64,000 nucleotides of DNA from Octopus vulgaris (Eukaryota). The notes under the pieces are model-generated. The model made no database searches. It was not told the DNA's origin and was given only the letters and a program-made list of their open reading frames with translations. The stretch spans positions 30,938,001 to 31,002,000 of the forward strand of contig OX597819.1 in the NCBI GenBank assembly GCA_951406725.2, read 5' to 3'. Below, piece after piece: positions 49,786 through 63,792 of the stretch (positions are counted from its first letter, which is position 1; every line of letters starts with the position of its first letter). The position numbers and the translations under genes were made by a program.

Positions 49786-50189
49786 GGATCTTTTCGGTTT
49801 GAACGGCAGTTTCTTCTAGCGGTGTCATATGAAATTGTCACCCATAATTATGACCCTAGTATCGATCTATTGCATTTCAATCTCCATTAGGGGTGGGGGA
49901 GGGTATCTTTTTTTCTTCACAAATTTAAATAAATCCAATCTGTTTCTTAAACGAGGGACATATTCATACGGCACAGAATGATTTTTACCTCAATAGACGT
50001 CACTGATTTGTTGAAATTGCAGAAACTGAAGGAAAAAAAACAACAAATATCTTACAAACTATAGAATTTTCTCAATAAAGACAAGAGAAAAAGATGTTTT
50101 CTTAACACATTCTACCAGTATACGGTGTTAAAAATTTTTTAGTTACCTAGAAATTATGTTAAAAACTGCCATTCAAACCAAAAAGATCC
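49786..50189 (-). mobile_element. Merlin-like MITE in reverse orientation
   Basis: TIRs; degenerate flanks AAAACAAG/AAAAGAGG. Confidence 0.85.
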
Positions 50190-51889
50190 AAAAGAGGGTT
50201 GCTAGAAACCCAGCAAGACAAAAACAAGTCCTATCAAAGGAGATGTCAACGACGGTGTAGCAATAGCACAGGGAGGTGAAAGGGAAAGAGATAGAACAAT
50301 GAGGATAAGGGGTAAGAGATAGAACTGCTTGAGTTTCCCAAAGTAGTTTCAAAGTACTATAAGTCTACTTTAAAACTACCTTGGGACTGAAGGTATCCTA
50401 TTTCTTGTCCAAATTCATCTGCCTGGGAGAGAGGTAGACAAGCATTGGAGGTGGCGATGCTGATTCTGGATGACTATAGTGTTACATCCTCTTTGCTGCT
50501 GCTTTTTAAAAATTAGTCATCAGAGGATCCACAATTGAAGAAAACGGTCAACATTGATCTCTCTAGACAACCATAAGCAATACATACATACACATGCACG
50601 CTTATATATACATAATGTGAAGGAGATGTATCCAGTGACTAGGGGCTTACTAAACGTCAAATAAAATTCTCACAAGTGGGTGGACAAATGAAAGAAAAAG
50701 GCACTTGACACATTTAGTTGGAATTACATGTATTATTTAAAACACTTTCATTCAACAAAACTTTCTGAACTGATTTGGTAATCTAAGTCTGAAAGACATG
50801 GGGTTTCTGTTAGAGGCCTACAAAACTTTGAGTCACATGGAACCGAATCAAACTGTTTTTAAATAATGATAATCCTTTCTACTAATGGCACAAGGCCTGA
50901 AATTTCACTGGTACTTAATTTATCAACCTCAAAAAGTTGAAAGGCAAAGTTGACCTCGGCAGAATTTGAACCCAGAGCATAGTGAGAGGCAAAATACTGC
51001 TAAGTGTTTCGTCTAGTATGCTAATGATTCTGCCATCTCACTGTCTTAATAATGATAATAATAATAATAATAATAATTTTGCCAGAAGGACAGCAATTTC
51101 AGGGGAAGGGATGAGTTGATTACATCGACTCCAGTGTTCAACTGGTACTTAATTTATCAACCCCGAAAGGATGAAAGGCAAAGCTGACCTCGGCAAAATT
51201 TGAACCCAGAACATAGCAACAGGTGAAATACCACTAAGCATTTCATCCAGTGTGCTAATGATTCTGCCAGCTCGCCGTCTTCTAATAATAATAATAATAA
51301 TAATAATAATGATAAAAGGGATGTCAGAAACATTTAGATAAGATCCCAGGAGAATCATGTCTCAGAGAAATCCAAAAGATTGTACTGACAAGTACTGCCC
51401 ACATCCTTAGAAAAACCCTATCCATTTAAATGTCTGTGTTGCATTACATAAAGATGTTTCCCTACTTCCCCTCCCCAAGCTTTCAGTCATACTGTAACAT
51501 CGCTTATCCTTCACTTGCCCCAGGATGTTGAGTGTGTCTCGGCAAGTAACAGTAACAAACATGCAGATTAAAAGTAAATAATAATTTTTTTTTTTTTTAT
51601 TAACCACAAGAGTTTACATTAAGAAAAACATTATGCACAGTACAGGACAAAACAAAGAATGTATGTGTGTGAGTGTGTGTTGTGAGGGTTTTGCATGTAA
51701 ACAAGACTAACAAAACTATGAAAACAGAATTTTTTTTTAATTGACAATGTGTAATCCTCAAATCAGGAAGAGACATTCGTGGGGGCTGCTCATGGAAAAA
51801 CCCCCAAAATATCATGGGTTCCCTGACTTTTGGGGCAGGTGTCCTTTTCCTTTTGTTTTTTTCAATTACAAGCAATTACATACCATTCT

Positions 51890-52330
51890 CACCACTTACA
51901 TCCACCTTTCTGCAAACTATCTAGAAGACAACACTTCCCTCTCTACCCTTATTTTCCTTTCCAGGGATTGGCCAAAGAGAAAAGCATTTGTCTTGAGCCC
52001 CTTCAATTTTGTCCACCAGGCATATAAACACAGCTTTTCCTTCCTGGTTAAAGGAAGGGTGCAGGATGATCTTTGCGATGAATTCAGTTGAAAGCCAGAT
52101 CCGCCCTACACACAACAGCAGGTGTTTGACAAACTCACAGGTCAGCAATGCTCAGGCACTGGACGAGTACATGTAGGACCATCTTGTTGTCCTGTATGCA
52201 CCTCGGACATGCTTGGCTGATGGCTCTTCCATGCCTGTAAAATTAACCTTGAACAGGCAAAGCTCCCCAGTAACAGAGATTTTTGGAAATTATCCATACA
52301 GTGAAGGAGTGAGAATTGGAGGGACAAATA
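51890..52330 (-). pseudogene. L1/Tx1-type LINE ORF2 C-terminal fragment with CCHC zinc knuckle
   Basis: Minus frame ACPRCIQDNKMVLHVLVQCLSIADL (C-x2-C...H...C). Confidence 0.6.
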
Positions 52331-53807
52331 GAAGTGGAGATGAGAGATACATTAAGAAGCTCAATTGACCTTGGTTTTAGCAAGCTTATTTTAATGCTAA
52401 GGAAACCTTTGAATCACCCCTTATGCATATATGTATGCATGTATATATAAAATCATTTTTAAACAGCTATTTCTCAATCACATGGTTCCAAGTTCAGTCC
52501 CACTACTGTGTGGCACCTTGGGCAAGTGTCTCCTACTATAGCCTCAGGCCAACCAAAACCTTCTGAGTGGATTTGGTAGATGGAAACTGAAAGAAGCCCG
52601 TCATATATGTATATATATGTGTGCGTGTGTGCATCTTTATGTTTAGGTTTGTCCCCCTGCTATCACTTGACAACCAGTGCTGGTGTGTTTATGTCCCCAT
52701 AACTTAGCAATTCAGCAAAAGGGACCAATAGAAAAAGTACCAGACTTTAAAAAATAAGTACCTGGGTCAATACATTTTACTGAAAATTCTTCAAGGCAGT
52801 GCCCAAGCATGGCTGCAGTCTAATGACTGAAACAAGTAAAAGATATATATGTATATATACATGTTTGTTCCTTCTCGAGCCACGCCTGGCTCATAGGGCC
52901 GGTTTCCCAGTTTTTTTGGCGTATAAGTTCCCCATCTGGACGAGACGCCAGTCCGTCGCAGGTGAGCTGCAAGATGCAGGAGGAAAGAGTGAGAGAAAGT
53001 TGTGGCAAAAAAGTCAGCAGAAGTTCGCCATTACCTTCTGCGAGAGCCGCATGGAGCTTAGGTGTTTCGCTCATAAATACACACATCGCCCGGTCTGAGA
53101 TTCAAACCCGCGATCCCTCGACCGCGAGTCTACTGCTCTAACCACTAGGCCATGCACCTCCATGTATATATACATATATATCCAAAATTAGGGAAAGGAG
53201 TAGATAAAAGCCAGGCTACATATGTTTCATAGCAAGCAGAACCTCAGAAGTAATAATTATCCAAACACCAGCCTCGCCTGGCCTCCGTGCCGGTGGCACG
53301 TAAAAATCACCATCCGATCGTGGCCGTTTGCCAGCCTCGTCTGGCATGTAAAAAGCACCCACTACACTCACGGAGTGGTTGGCGTTGGGAAGGGCATCCA
53401 GCTTTAGAAACACTGCCAGATCAGACTGGGCCTGGTGCAGCCTTCTGGCTTCCCAGACCCTAGTTGAACCATCCAACCCATGCTAGCATGGAAAGCAGAC
53501 GCTAAACGATGATGATGATGATGATGATGGAATAATCCACTAGCTACTTGTCAGGCCAAAGATACTTTAATCAAAAGAAGCTTGCATTGTTGTCAAGGGA
53601 TCTCATATTGACTCACAGTTTAAAATTGTACAAAAAACAAAAAGACAGGTACAGATGAGGGAACAACAAATAAGGTATACTAGTTTGACACTTAGATAAA
53701 ATGGAAGGGTCTGACATCTCAAGCCTATGCTCTTCTACAGAAAGGAACAGAGAAAACAGAGAGAGGCGGGGAAAAACAGTGAGGGAAAAAACTTATCTAA
53801 ATTAACT

Positions 53808-54283
53808 CTTTACTCTCTTTTACTCTTTTACTTGTTTCAGTCATTTGACTGCGGCCATGCTGGAGCACCACCTTTTAGTCAAGCAAATCGACCCCAGGAC
53901 TTATTCTTTGTAAGCCCAGTACTTATTTTATCGGTTTTCTTTTGCTGAACCGCTAAGTTACGGGGGCGTAAACACACCAGCATCAGTTGTCAAGAGATGT
54001 TGACAAACACAGACACACAAACATATACACATACATACATAGATATATACATATATATGATGGGCAATATATTTACAAACATATTTGCACCCCTGGTAAC
54101 ATATATGCACACTCACACACAATGGGCTTCTTTCAGTTTCCGTCTACCAAATCCACTCACAAGGCTTTGGTCGGCCCGAGGCTATAGTAGAAGACACTTG
54201 CCCAAGGTGCCACGCAGTGGGAATGAACCCGGAACGATGTGGTTGGTAAGCAAGCTACCTACCACACAGCCACTCCTGCACCT
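53808..54283 (-). mobile_element. Family A SINE carrying an extra ~45-bp internal segment
   Basis: Full head and tail; segment 54065-54110 is shared in inverted orientation with 56995-57042. Confidence 0.85.
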
Positions 54284-56679
54284 AACAGTCACATATATAT
54301 AATTTTTAAGCAGTGTAATAAAAGACAGTGTAACTTGAATTCAAATATCTATTACACAAGTCTAAATATTTAAATACTGCAGTACAATATAGTTTATATC
54401 TTACTGCATTTATAATACAACATAATTTGCAATTCCACTGTTTTTACAGAACCATTTTAGCTTCCAATTTTACTGTGTCCACCAGTCTTTGTGCCAACAC
54501 TGGATGAATGATTTCTTTTTTTGGAAAATCAATATTATTGCAAAATATAGAATGTCAACTTCATTAGCCTTAGTAAATTACGGGGATTTATACGTGCTAA
54601 TAAAGAGCATTTATTAGGCTACTGAATCTACCAGCTAGAAATAGTAGCTAAATCACCCTCAAATCACATCCTACCATGCTAAATAAGAAAAGGACACACT
54701 GGATAATGTAGTTCTAGTCTGCTCAGTTACTCATCTCTCTTTCCCATCAGGGTCCATATCAACCACCCATTCAATCAGTATTGACCTGGAATAAGCAACT
54801 CTCATGTATATATTTTATTTTCTACCAGGAGGGAAATGCAAAATCAACCAAGAACTCCAAATGCTGAAATACCATACAAAAATGCCATAGAACACTTAGC
54901 TCAGTTTACTATTGACTATCTTGCACCAACACAATCCCTTTTCTGTTTTTTTAGTAGGAAAGGCAGAGCCTAACACCTTTAATAAGGCCTCTCAGAATGG
55001 TGGGTGGAAGGTATCCTCAAACTGGAAGCCTATTCTAAATGCTTAGATCAGAGTAGACTCAGGTAAAAGTACCCAAGGTGCCATGTCATGGTGTTGAAGC
55101 AGGTGATAAGTCTACCATGCATTTAGGCCATGGCAGGATTTGAACACAGGGTGCAAAGACCAGAGCAAATACCACAAGTCATCGAGTTTGACATTCTTGC
55201 AGTTTTTCTTGACCCTGAAACGATGAAAGGCGAAGATGACTTTGGTAAGATTTGAACAAGTTCATGGAAATATTCTGTCTAACATTATAACCACTCAGCG
55301 AATTTGCCACAAGTTCAATATAGTCATTCACCCTACTAGAAACAGTAAACAAATCTCCCTCAAATGATATTATACCATTTTAAATGAGGAAAAGAAGCAG
55401 TTAATAATGTAGTCCTATCCCAATATGATACCAGCTTCTGACAGAAGTCAATAAAGGAATAAAAGAAAAAACAAAGGATGGTCATACTAGGAATGATTTT
55501 GAAAATAAGATAGCTTCAGAGCTGGCCTACAATACACAGTAACGAAAACTTATTTGTAGATTAACAATAGATTGAGGTTAAAATAACTCCAGTACTGCCT
55601 GTGTGTACATTAGTGACTAACACACCTACAGATTCAACAGAATTTATCTGGAATACAAATATTTTCAGACAGATATAATTTGTCAAGACAATAATGTGTG
55701 TCTGTTTGGCAAACAAAGATGTGCATGTGAGTGAACGTATGTACATATGTATTCATTTTACGTTTCTGGACACGGGACAGGGTATGTATATATACACACA
55801 TACACGCACACTTGTATGTCTCTGTATTACCTATCATATGGTAGATAAATTCAGGAATTTTTTTTTGCTTTCTTGCCATAAGTAATATTAAGTAATATAG
55901 CATACCTACAATCAATATATATTTCTTTACTACGCACAAGGGGCTAAACACAGAGAGGACAAACAAGGACAGACAAATGAATTAAGTCAATCACATCGAC
56001 CCCAGTGTGTAACTGGTACTTAATTTATCGACCCCGAAAGGATGAAAGGTAAAGTCGACCTTGGTGGAATTTGAACTCAGAACGTAACGACAGATGAAAT
56101 AGGGCTACGCATTTTGCCTGGCGTGCTAACGTTTCTGCCAGCTCGCCGCCTTTACCTACAATCAATATAATTCAACTTTTATCAAATTCCTTGGTACAGG
56201 TACAAAATGATGAAATCAATACTAATTTTCTAAAAGAAAAATATTTATTACCTTAAAATAAAATTAAGCAAATTTCTCATTTATTTACAATAAATACATA
56301 AATGTTTCAGTCATTAGAATGCATCCATGCTGGGGCACTGCCTTGATGAGTTTAGTCAAACAAATCAACTGCATTAGTTATGTGTTTACAATCTAGTACC
56401 TAATATACCAGTCTTCTTTGTTGAACTGCCAACTTAGAGGGACATAAACATACCAGCATTGGTTGCCAAGTGGAGGAGGGACAAACAAGCACAAACACAC
56501 ACACAGATATGTATTTATTACAGGCTTCTTTCAATTTCCATCTGCCAAATACACTCAGAAGATTTTAGTCAGCCCAGGGCTACAGAAGAAAACACCTGAA
56601 GCGACCACACAGTGGGACTGAATCCTGAATCATGTGGTTGGGAAGCAAGCTTTTTAATCTTATAGCCATGGTTGCACTT

Positions 56680-56734
<55 letters not shown>

Positions 56735-57004
56735 CATCTAAAAGTCCATGGGTCAGGAAAAAGACTCAGTCATATATCTGTCGATAAACTGTACAGTATT
56801 ATATGTGTATACATGTGTGTGTGTGTGTGTGTAGGTATGTCTGTGTGGTAATAAGTTTGCTTCTCAACCACATGGTCTGGGTTCAGTCCCTGCATGGCAC
56901 CTTGAGCAAGTGTCTTCTACTATAGCCTTGAGCTGACCAGAGCTTTGTGAATGGATTTGGTAGACGGAAACTGGAAGAAGCCCATTGTGTGTGAGCGTGC
57001 ATAT

Positions 57005-57665
57005 ATGTTACCAGGGGTGCAAATATGTTTGTAAATATATTGGATCTGCCAGTACTTCTTTCAAGTGACATTTTCTTAACCACCAGTCATCCTTCAGAGT
57101 CTCAGAAAGATGGTTTGTCACATCCCTGGCCCGCCATGTGTGACACTTCAAAGATCAAAAGACTCCATGTGATATCCAGTGGAAATTAACTGATCATCTA
57201 GACCCATATATTAATGGAAGTGGTTGTTGCAAGGGCTGTTTCGTGGAGAGAGCCAAAATTCTCAAGGGCTATACAAAACCTGGCACATTAAATAGTCGTA
57301 AAGAAGTGTTTTCTAAATGTGTTCACTTAAAATGCTACTTACTGGAAAATTGGATCTCCCCGTTTGTTGGTTAGGCCTCTTCTGGTCTATAAGGGTTGTT
57401 TTTTTTTCCTCTGGTTCAGAGGAAATAACCTGTCCTCATTAACGTTTTTTTATTAAGACGTATTTCTTTATTTCTGACCATTTCCTCACATCCACAATGT
57501 AGAAACTTTAAATTTTTGCCTTTGTATAGAATCTGACGAGCTGTCCACAAGGCTTTGACTTTGTCAATGTGAAACCTTGGGTAACTCTATATCCAAGATA
57601 TAAAATTTTGTTGTAACAATTACTACTCTATTCTTTAGAGTGCGCTCCTTTTCTGATGTGTTTTT
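57005..57665 (+). pseudogene. Naiad-type Penelope-like element 3' end (GIY-YIG C-terminus plus pLTR)
   Basis: Single frame KYIGSASTSFK*HFLNHQSSFR...TSLARHV*HFKDQK..IQWKL...PYINGSGCCKGCFVERAKI...LNSRKEVFSKCVH..YLL. It is absent from the ORF track because of two TGA codons. A hammerhead and (TA)n follow. Confidence 0.82.
57526..57590 (+). ncRNA. Type I hammerhead ribozyme motif
   Basis: Stem I ATAGAAT/ACTCTAT (6 of 7 pairs), CTGACGA, extended stem II (gc..ACAAGG/CTTTGT..gt), GAAA, stem III ACC-ttg-GGT, GUA cleavage triplet. Confidence 0.75.
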
Positions 57666-57669
57666 TTAT

Positions 57670-57710
<41 letters not shown>

Positions 57711-58690
57711 AATTCGAGGATGTTTTATCCCCATTAGGATTCTTTTCTTACAGCTTAAATTCTTAACATTGGATTTAACTCAAATGCTTTGAATTATGCA
57801 TTACCAAGGGGCCAGAATCAAAACATATGTAGGTTTTTTTTGAGTCTTCTATTGTGTTTTTTAAAAACTTTATTTGTATGTGTATCTTAAAAACAAACTA
57901 TGATGCAAATAAATTAAATATACATCTTTCACTCTCCATTTTCTTACATTATTAATTTTAACTAAGGTGATGAGCTGGCAGAATCATTAGCACACTGGGC
58001 GAAATGCTTAGTGGCATTTCATCTGCCTTGATGTTCTGAGTTCAAAGGGTGACGTTACCTTTCATCCTTTCAGAGTCAATAAGTTAAGTACCAGTGAAAT
58101 ACTGGGGTCAATGTCATCAATTATCCCCCTCCCCCAAATTTCAGGCCTTGTGCATATAGTAGAAAGGATTATTAATTTTACCTATATATATATATATGAG
58201 AGAACAAACGAGAGAGAGAGAGAGAGATGAGCTCCAGAGATGCTCTATATAGAAAAGACTTAGTAGTGTTCACATGATTTGAATTTACACTCTAGAATCT
58301 TTATTGAGAACTAAGTCTGTAGGATAAAGAGAGGCCTTAATCTAGATTCCATTCTCTCTACCCTGAAGACTGAGGTCAGGTTTACTGTAATATTTATATG
58401 CATCCATTATTGGTTATATATTCTTGACTTTTTGCGAACTACATCTGCCAATATTATTATGTAATTCCAAGCCTCCAGAAACAGCTGTCAGACCTGTAAT
58501 ACCATACCTTCTCCCCCTTAGTTTTCTGTGACATTGTACTCTGAGTAAATCTGTTCTGTTAAAATATAAATATCTATATATTTATCCAGGAATGTTCATC
58601 ATCTGAATAATTTTGGTCTTTGTTTCTCTCTATTTAAAATGTATAATTAATATATCTAGTCCAAGTAGTTTTATCTGTCTATTTGCATCA

Positions 58691-58735
<45 letters not shown>

Positions 58736-59908
58736 CATGATGTGTGTGTGTGTACGTGATTGTAATTTATGCACATCCACAAATTAGCACGCATGTCGCT
58801 CAAATTTTAGGAGGACATTCATCAACATCCTATCTGGGTTTTGTCAACTTATTTTTTCCCCTGCCCCCAAGGCACCTGTGGATATTGGTAAAAATCTATT
58901 TTCAGTCATAGCTTTTTGACGGCGTCTAACAAAAAAAAAACACGATAAAGAAAAGTGGAAGAGAGGCAGAGAGTTTCACGGGAAAGACAAAGTGAGAGAG
59001 GGAGAGAGAGAGTAAGTGACAGCGTTCATAAAAATCTATTTTCAGCCATAGCTTTTTGACGGGTCTAACAAAGGAAAAACAAGATAAAGAAAAGTGGAAG
59101 AGAGTTTCATGGGGAAAGACAAAGTGAGAGAGGGAGAGAGAGAGTAAGTGACAACGTTCATAAAAAATAAAATGTAAAATGCTTTGTTTTTTCTTAAACA
59201 CAAGATATAGTGTTCAAATTCAAGATGTTTTTGAAAGACACTATATTTTATAATCATAGTATATATACTTTCTCACACAACAATTACAATATATTTATTT
59301 TAAATCATTTATTTATTTTAAATCGTTCATCTTTCTTCCCCCTCCCTCTCTCACACACATTACTTTGGGTGCGAAAGAATTTTGTTTTTATTTTACACTG
59401 AGTAGAAAAGTGACAATCCATTTATTTAACAACAAAGAAAGAAAGAGGTGGGTAACAATTTGTCAGTGAATTACACAATATAAATGGGTACAATTTCCGA
59501 GGCTTCCACCACACCCCACTCCATTTCACGGACCACAAAAAGGGTTTTGTAGCATATTAGGTGGCCAGAGTAGTTGATTCCACGCAAAAAAAAAACGATT
59601 TTTTTTCTTAGTGAAAATTGTGCAAGTGTTAATCTACAAATTTAACAACATTTTTTCCATTCATTTCTGTTTATGAACATGTATGCATACACAAAACATG
59701 CAATAGGTGTACGTACGTGTGTGTATGTGTGTTCGTGTCTGTTGCCCATATATATTTATATTATATTATATATATATATAATATAACCAATTTCAACAGA
59801 TTTCACCCAAATTTGACGTCAATATTACTTAGTTTGGTTTGAAATAAAGAACTTGATTAGCTTAATAATTGTAACTTAATCCCAGGCAAGGCCGGGTTAT
59901 ACTGCTAG
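58691..59908 (+). mobile_element. Non-autonomous Helitron (~1.2 kb) with an internal ~135-bp tandem duplication
   Basis: A^TC start followed by (TA)n; 3' hairpin CCCAGGCAAGGCCGGG then TTATACTG-CTAG^T; duplicated block at about 58890-59030 and 59030-59165. Confidence 0.72.
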
Positions 59909-62328
59909 TTATCTATATATCACCAAGACACATTGTTTTTCTACAAACTTGCAATCTTCATAAAAAGTACAACTTCAAGTTTCCTCAAAACATTAATTTA
60001 TTGAGCACTCTTGTATACACCTTGCTTAAGAATGCATTTCTTAATGTATTGGGTTAAGATAAATTTGTTCATTTCTGTCTAATTTTTTTTTAATTAGCAC
60101 AAAAAATTATTTTTGTGGATCTAATCTTTCTCTACAACTTCTGTTTATCATGTTTGAAACTTGAATAAGTTTTAACTCTTCTCAAACATATCATAATGGA
60201 GTGCAAAGTATAAAAAAATGAGCATTATCAACACCTGCTTCTCTTAGCTTTCAGTCAAAGGTTCCAAGTCTACCAAAGCCACTTAAGATATCTGTGTCAT
60301 GTACAGGAGTGCTATTTCTAAAAGAACTGCACAAAAATTCGTTTTCATGTTTCAAGGAGGGGAAATTTTAAGATTCTACATCACAAACTCTCCACATTCC
60401 AGCCAACTTAGCTCGTCCATGAGGATCCATGCCAACCCACAAGGGAATTGGACTAGTAGCTGGGATGCTCCCATGATATCATTGCCTGTCACCTTCACTC
60501 AGTAGCATTAAAAATGGTAAAAAATTAACAATATGCTGTGCTTGAGAAGACCCATCAAGCCAAGTGAAATCAGAGCCATGGCTAATGCCAATGTCGCATA
60601 ACTGGCACCTGTGCCAGTGGCACATAAAAATCACCCTTCAAACTTTGGACCTCACAGAGCCAGTGACCAATACCTTTGGCGATATACTGGGCTTAAGAAG
60701 ACCCATCAAGCCAAATGAGATCATAGTCGTGGCTGATGCTGGTGTTTCCTAACTGGCACCCGTCCCAGTGGTACATAAAAAGCACCCACTAAACTCTTGA
60801 TGTGGCTGGCATTAGGAAGGGCATCCAGCTGTAGAAACCAGGCCAAATCAGATTGAAACCTTGGTGCAACTCCTCAGCTTACCAGTTTTCAGACAAACCA
60901 TCCAACCCATGCCAGCATGGAAAACAAACATTAAATGATGATGATGATGAACCCAATATTATGATAAGAGATATATAACTATGAATAAAGCTGTGACTGT
61001 GTTTATTGAACACTCTGCCATACAGTACTGAAGTTATAAGTTGAAAATTGGAATTCCTATAAAGTTTTAACTTTGATCAGAGCCCTGAAGTTAGATTTGG
61101 AGTCATGGAGTCAAAATCAGTAAAAATGTAACAACAAAGAAACTTCAAATGTAATATAATGCACTAAAATTTCCTATTTGACATGCTGCTTTTTTTGTTT
61201 TTTGGATTTTTTTGCACCGTAAAAGAATCAAAATTTAAGTTCTATGAAGGCAGCTCGAGTAAGTGAATTTCTGTTTCTAATACCAATGTATTAGACGATT
61301 TGGGGTTTAGATTTTTGTTATTTAACCTTTATTCTATCTTTTAAGACTGATATTTATTCTATTGGTCTCTTTTGACAAATCACTAGGTTATGAGGATATA
61401 ACTAAACCAACACTGGTGTCAAGTAGTGAAGGGAGGACAAAGACAGACACATACATACACACACACACACACACATTATATATGACTGGTTTCCATACTG
61501 TTTCCGCCTACAAATACATTCATAAGGCATCAGCCAGCAAGGACCTCTAGCAGAAGACAGTTGCCCAAGGTGGGTGTGCAGTGGAAATGAACCCAAAACC
61601 ATGTGACTACAAGGTGAACTTTCTAACCACACACCTATTCTTCTACAGTTTAATTTTTGTTTCATTTAATGTAATGTATGGGGCGGGGGGGAGGTTTGGG
61701 CATGTGTGTGTATAACAGTGTATGAAATAAAAATACCTTGTGGTATTTAAGCAGAGGGTTTTATTCCTTTATGCCAAAGTAGACTAAGCTATCCTATGAA
61801 CAGAGATGGATAAAAAAATTACCAGGCCACATATAGACGTTGAGGTAATAATAAACAAAAAATAGCTCTTAGCGATGACATTCCAGCAAGGTTGCACCCT
61901 GTATGACTGAAACCAGAAAATATATACAATAACACACCCAACAACAAAGCTGAGATTGTCGGTCATACTTTCTGCGTCATATTTCTTGGGGAATATATTT
62001 ATTGTACAGTGTTTATAATTTTACAACAATGACAATATAGTTCATTGTTACTATATGTCCTGCTGACATAGTACTTTCAAACAACACGAGTGAGCATAAA
62101 GTTATATTAATACTTCTGAGATTCTACTGTTAATATATACAAACCTTAAATAACTAACATCTGGCCACATTTATCACTTTAATCATTATGAACCTACATT
62201 TCTATCCGGGGTGAAAGTTATGTTTTTTCATAATTTATTTGTATTTATTTTCCTTGTTTTTTTTTAATTATTATTTTTATTCTATTCCAAATATAAATGG
62301 TAGCTTACATAATCTTTGTCATCTTTAT

Positions 62329-62371
<43 letters not shown>

Positions 62372-62629
62372 CATCATCAAATGATTCATTCCACATATTG
62401 ACTAACATATATATTCTAGACCAGACATAATTGTGTAAATGTGGCATGGCACCGTCATCAGAAGTTTACTTCCCAAGCACATGGTTTCCAGTTCAGTCCC
62501 ACTGTGTGACACTTTGGGCAAATGTCTTCCACTACAGATTCCCAAGGCTATGGTAGAAGATGGAAACTGAAAAGAATCCCATCATATCTTTTATCTGCTT
62601 CAGTCATTAGTCTGTAGCTAATGCTTTTC

Positions 62630-63792
62630 AGGCAGTTTATAATGTAGTTCTCCTTCAAAACTCACGAAAGGTCAGATTTGTATTTTCAGTGATGTCAAAA
62701 CACTAACAAAACAGGTGCTTGGTATACAATTTCATAAAATTAGAAGTCATCTGCTGGTCCATGGGCTGCAAGATAGGGGTGGTATTTTGTGGAAGGTACA
62801 AAACTTTATGGATTTAAATTGGTCCAGGATATCATCTTAGAAATTAGGAGGGTAAGCAGAAGCATTGTCAAGGGTGAGAAGGGCCTTGAGAGGAAGACTG
62901 TTCTCCAAAAGGTACTTTTTCACTGCTGGTCCAAAGACAAGGTTGATCCACTTGGAGAAGAATTGCCTAGTGACCCAGGCCATAACATTTTGCCCTCTAC
63001 ATGACCTGCAGCTTCTCCTTCAGGATTTTGTATGACTTCAACACTCATAGGTTTTTGGAATGCTAGGCAAGAAGCGGCTTAATCTGCAAGTCTCCACTCA
63101 CATTGGCACACAGGGCGAAAGTTAGCTTATCTTTCATAGGTTTGTGGCCTGGCATCTTCTCCTCTGAAGTTATATAAGTTCTTCAGGGAATTTTTTTACC
63201 AAAAAGGACAGTTTCATCACAGTTGAATACCTGTGGTGTGATGTACCCCTTGGCTGTGATGAGCTGATGGAATTCATGCATGAAATCTTCAGCTGCCTTT
63301 GAGTCAGAACTCACCACTTCATACCTGACAACGCTATGAACACCGGTTGTCTTCTTGAAATTATCAAACCAGTCGCGACTGGCCTTAAACACATCTGCTA
63401 ATGTCTCCTCTGTCGATGTTCCAGGATTCTGCTTCAGGAGATCCCCATACAGCGCTTGTTCTTTCTTGCAGATGATGGTCTCTGTAATCATATCCCCTGT
63501 GAGTTGCTTCTCGTTGATCTACGAGAGAAGCAATTTTTCCATTCTTTTGTGAACAGATGTGCATTGCTTAGAGAACCTGGAGACAACCTTTGCTGCTGTA
63601 ACAGCCTTGATCGCATCCTTTTTCTTTAGGATGGTGCAGATTGTTGATGTGCTTCTGTCATATTGATGTACTAAGTCCACTACACATACTCCTCTCCCAT
63701 GTTTATCAATAATTTCCTTCTTCAATTCTATCGTAATCAGTTTTATTCTTCTTCTCATCACTGTCCTTTGCACTAACCTTCTTAGGACCCAT
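62630..63792 (-). pseudogene. Decayed Tigger/pogo-family transposase (CENP-B-type HTH plus DDE_1)
   Basis: MGPKK start; ITIELKKEII...STSTICTILKKK HTH; FKASRDWFDNFK; QVFNCDET; MPGHKPMKDKLT..LCAN.SGD; LPQNTTPILQPMDQQ. Multiple stops and frameshifts. Confidence 0.9.

Noticed and set aside
58340-58390. CTGAAGA followed by a short hairpin as a hammerhead
   Set aside because: No GAAA strand or stem III at the required position
62630-63792. Domesticated TIGD/CENP-B-like gene
   Set aside because: Multiple stops and frameshifts indicate a dead transposon copy
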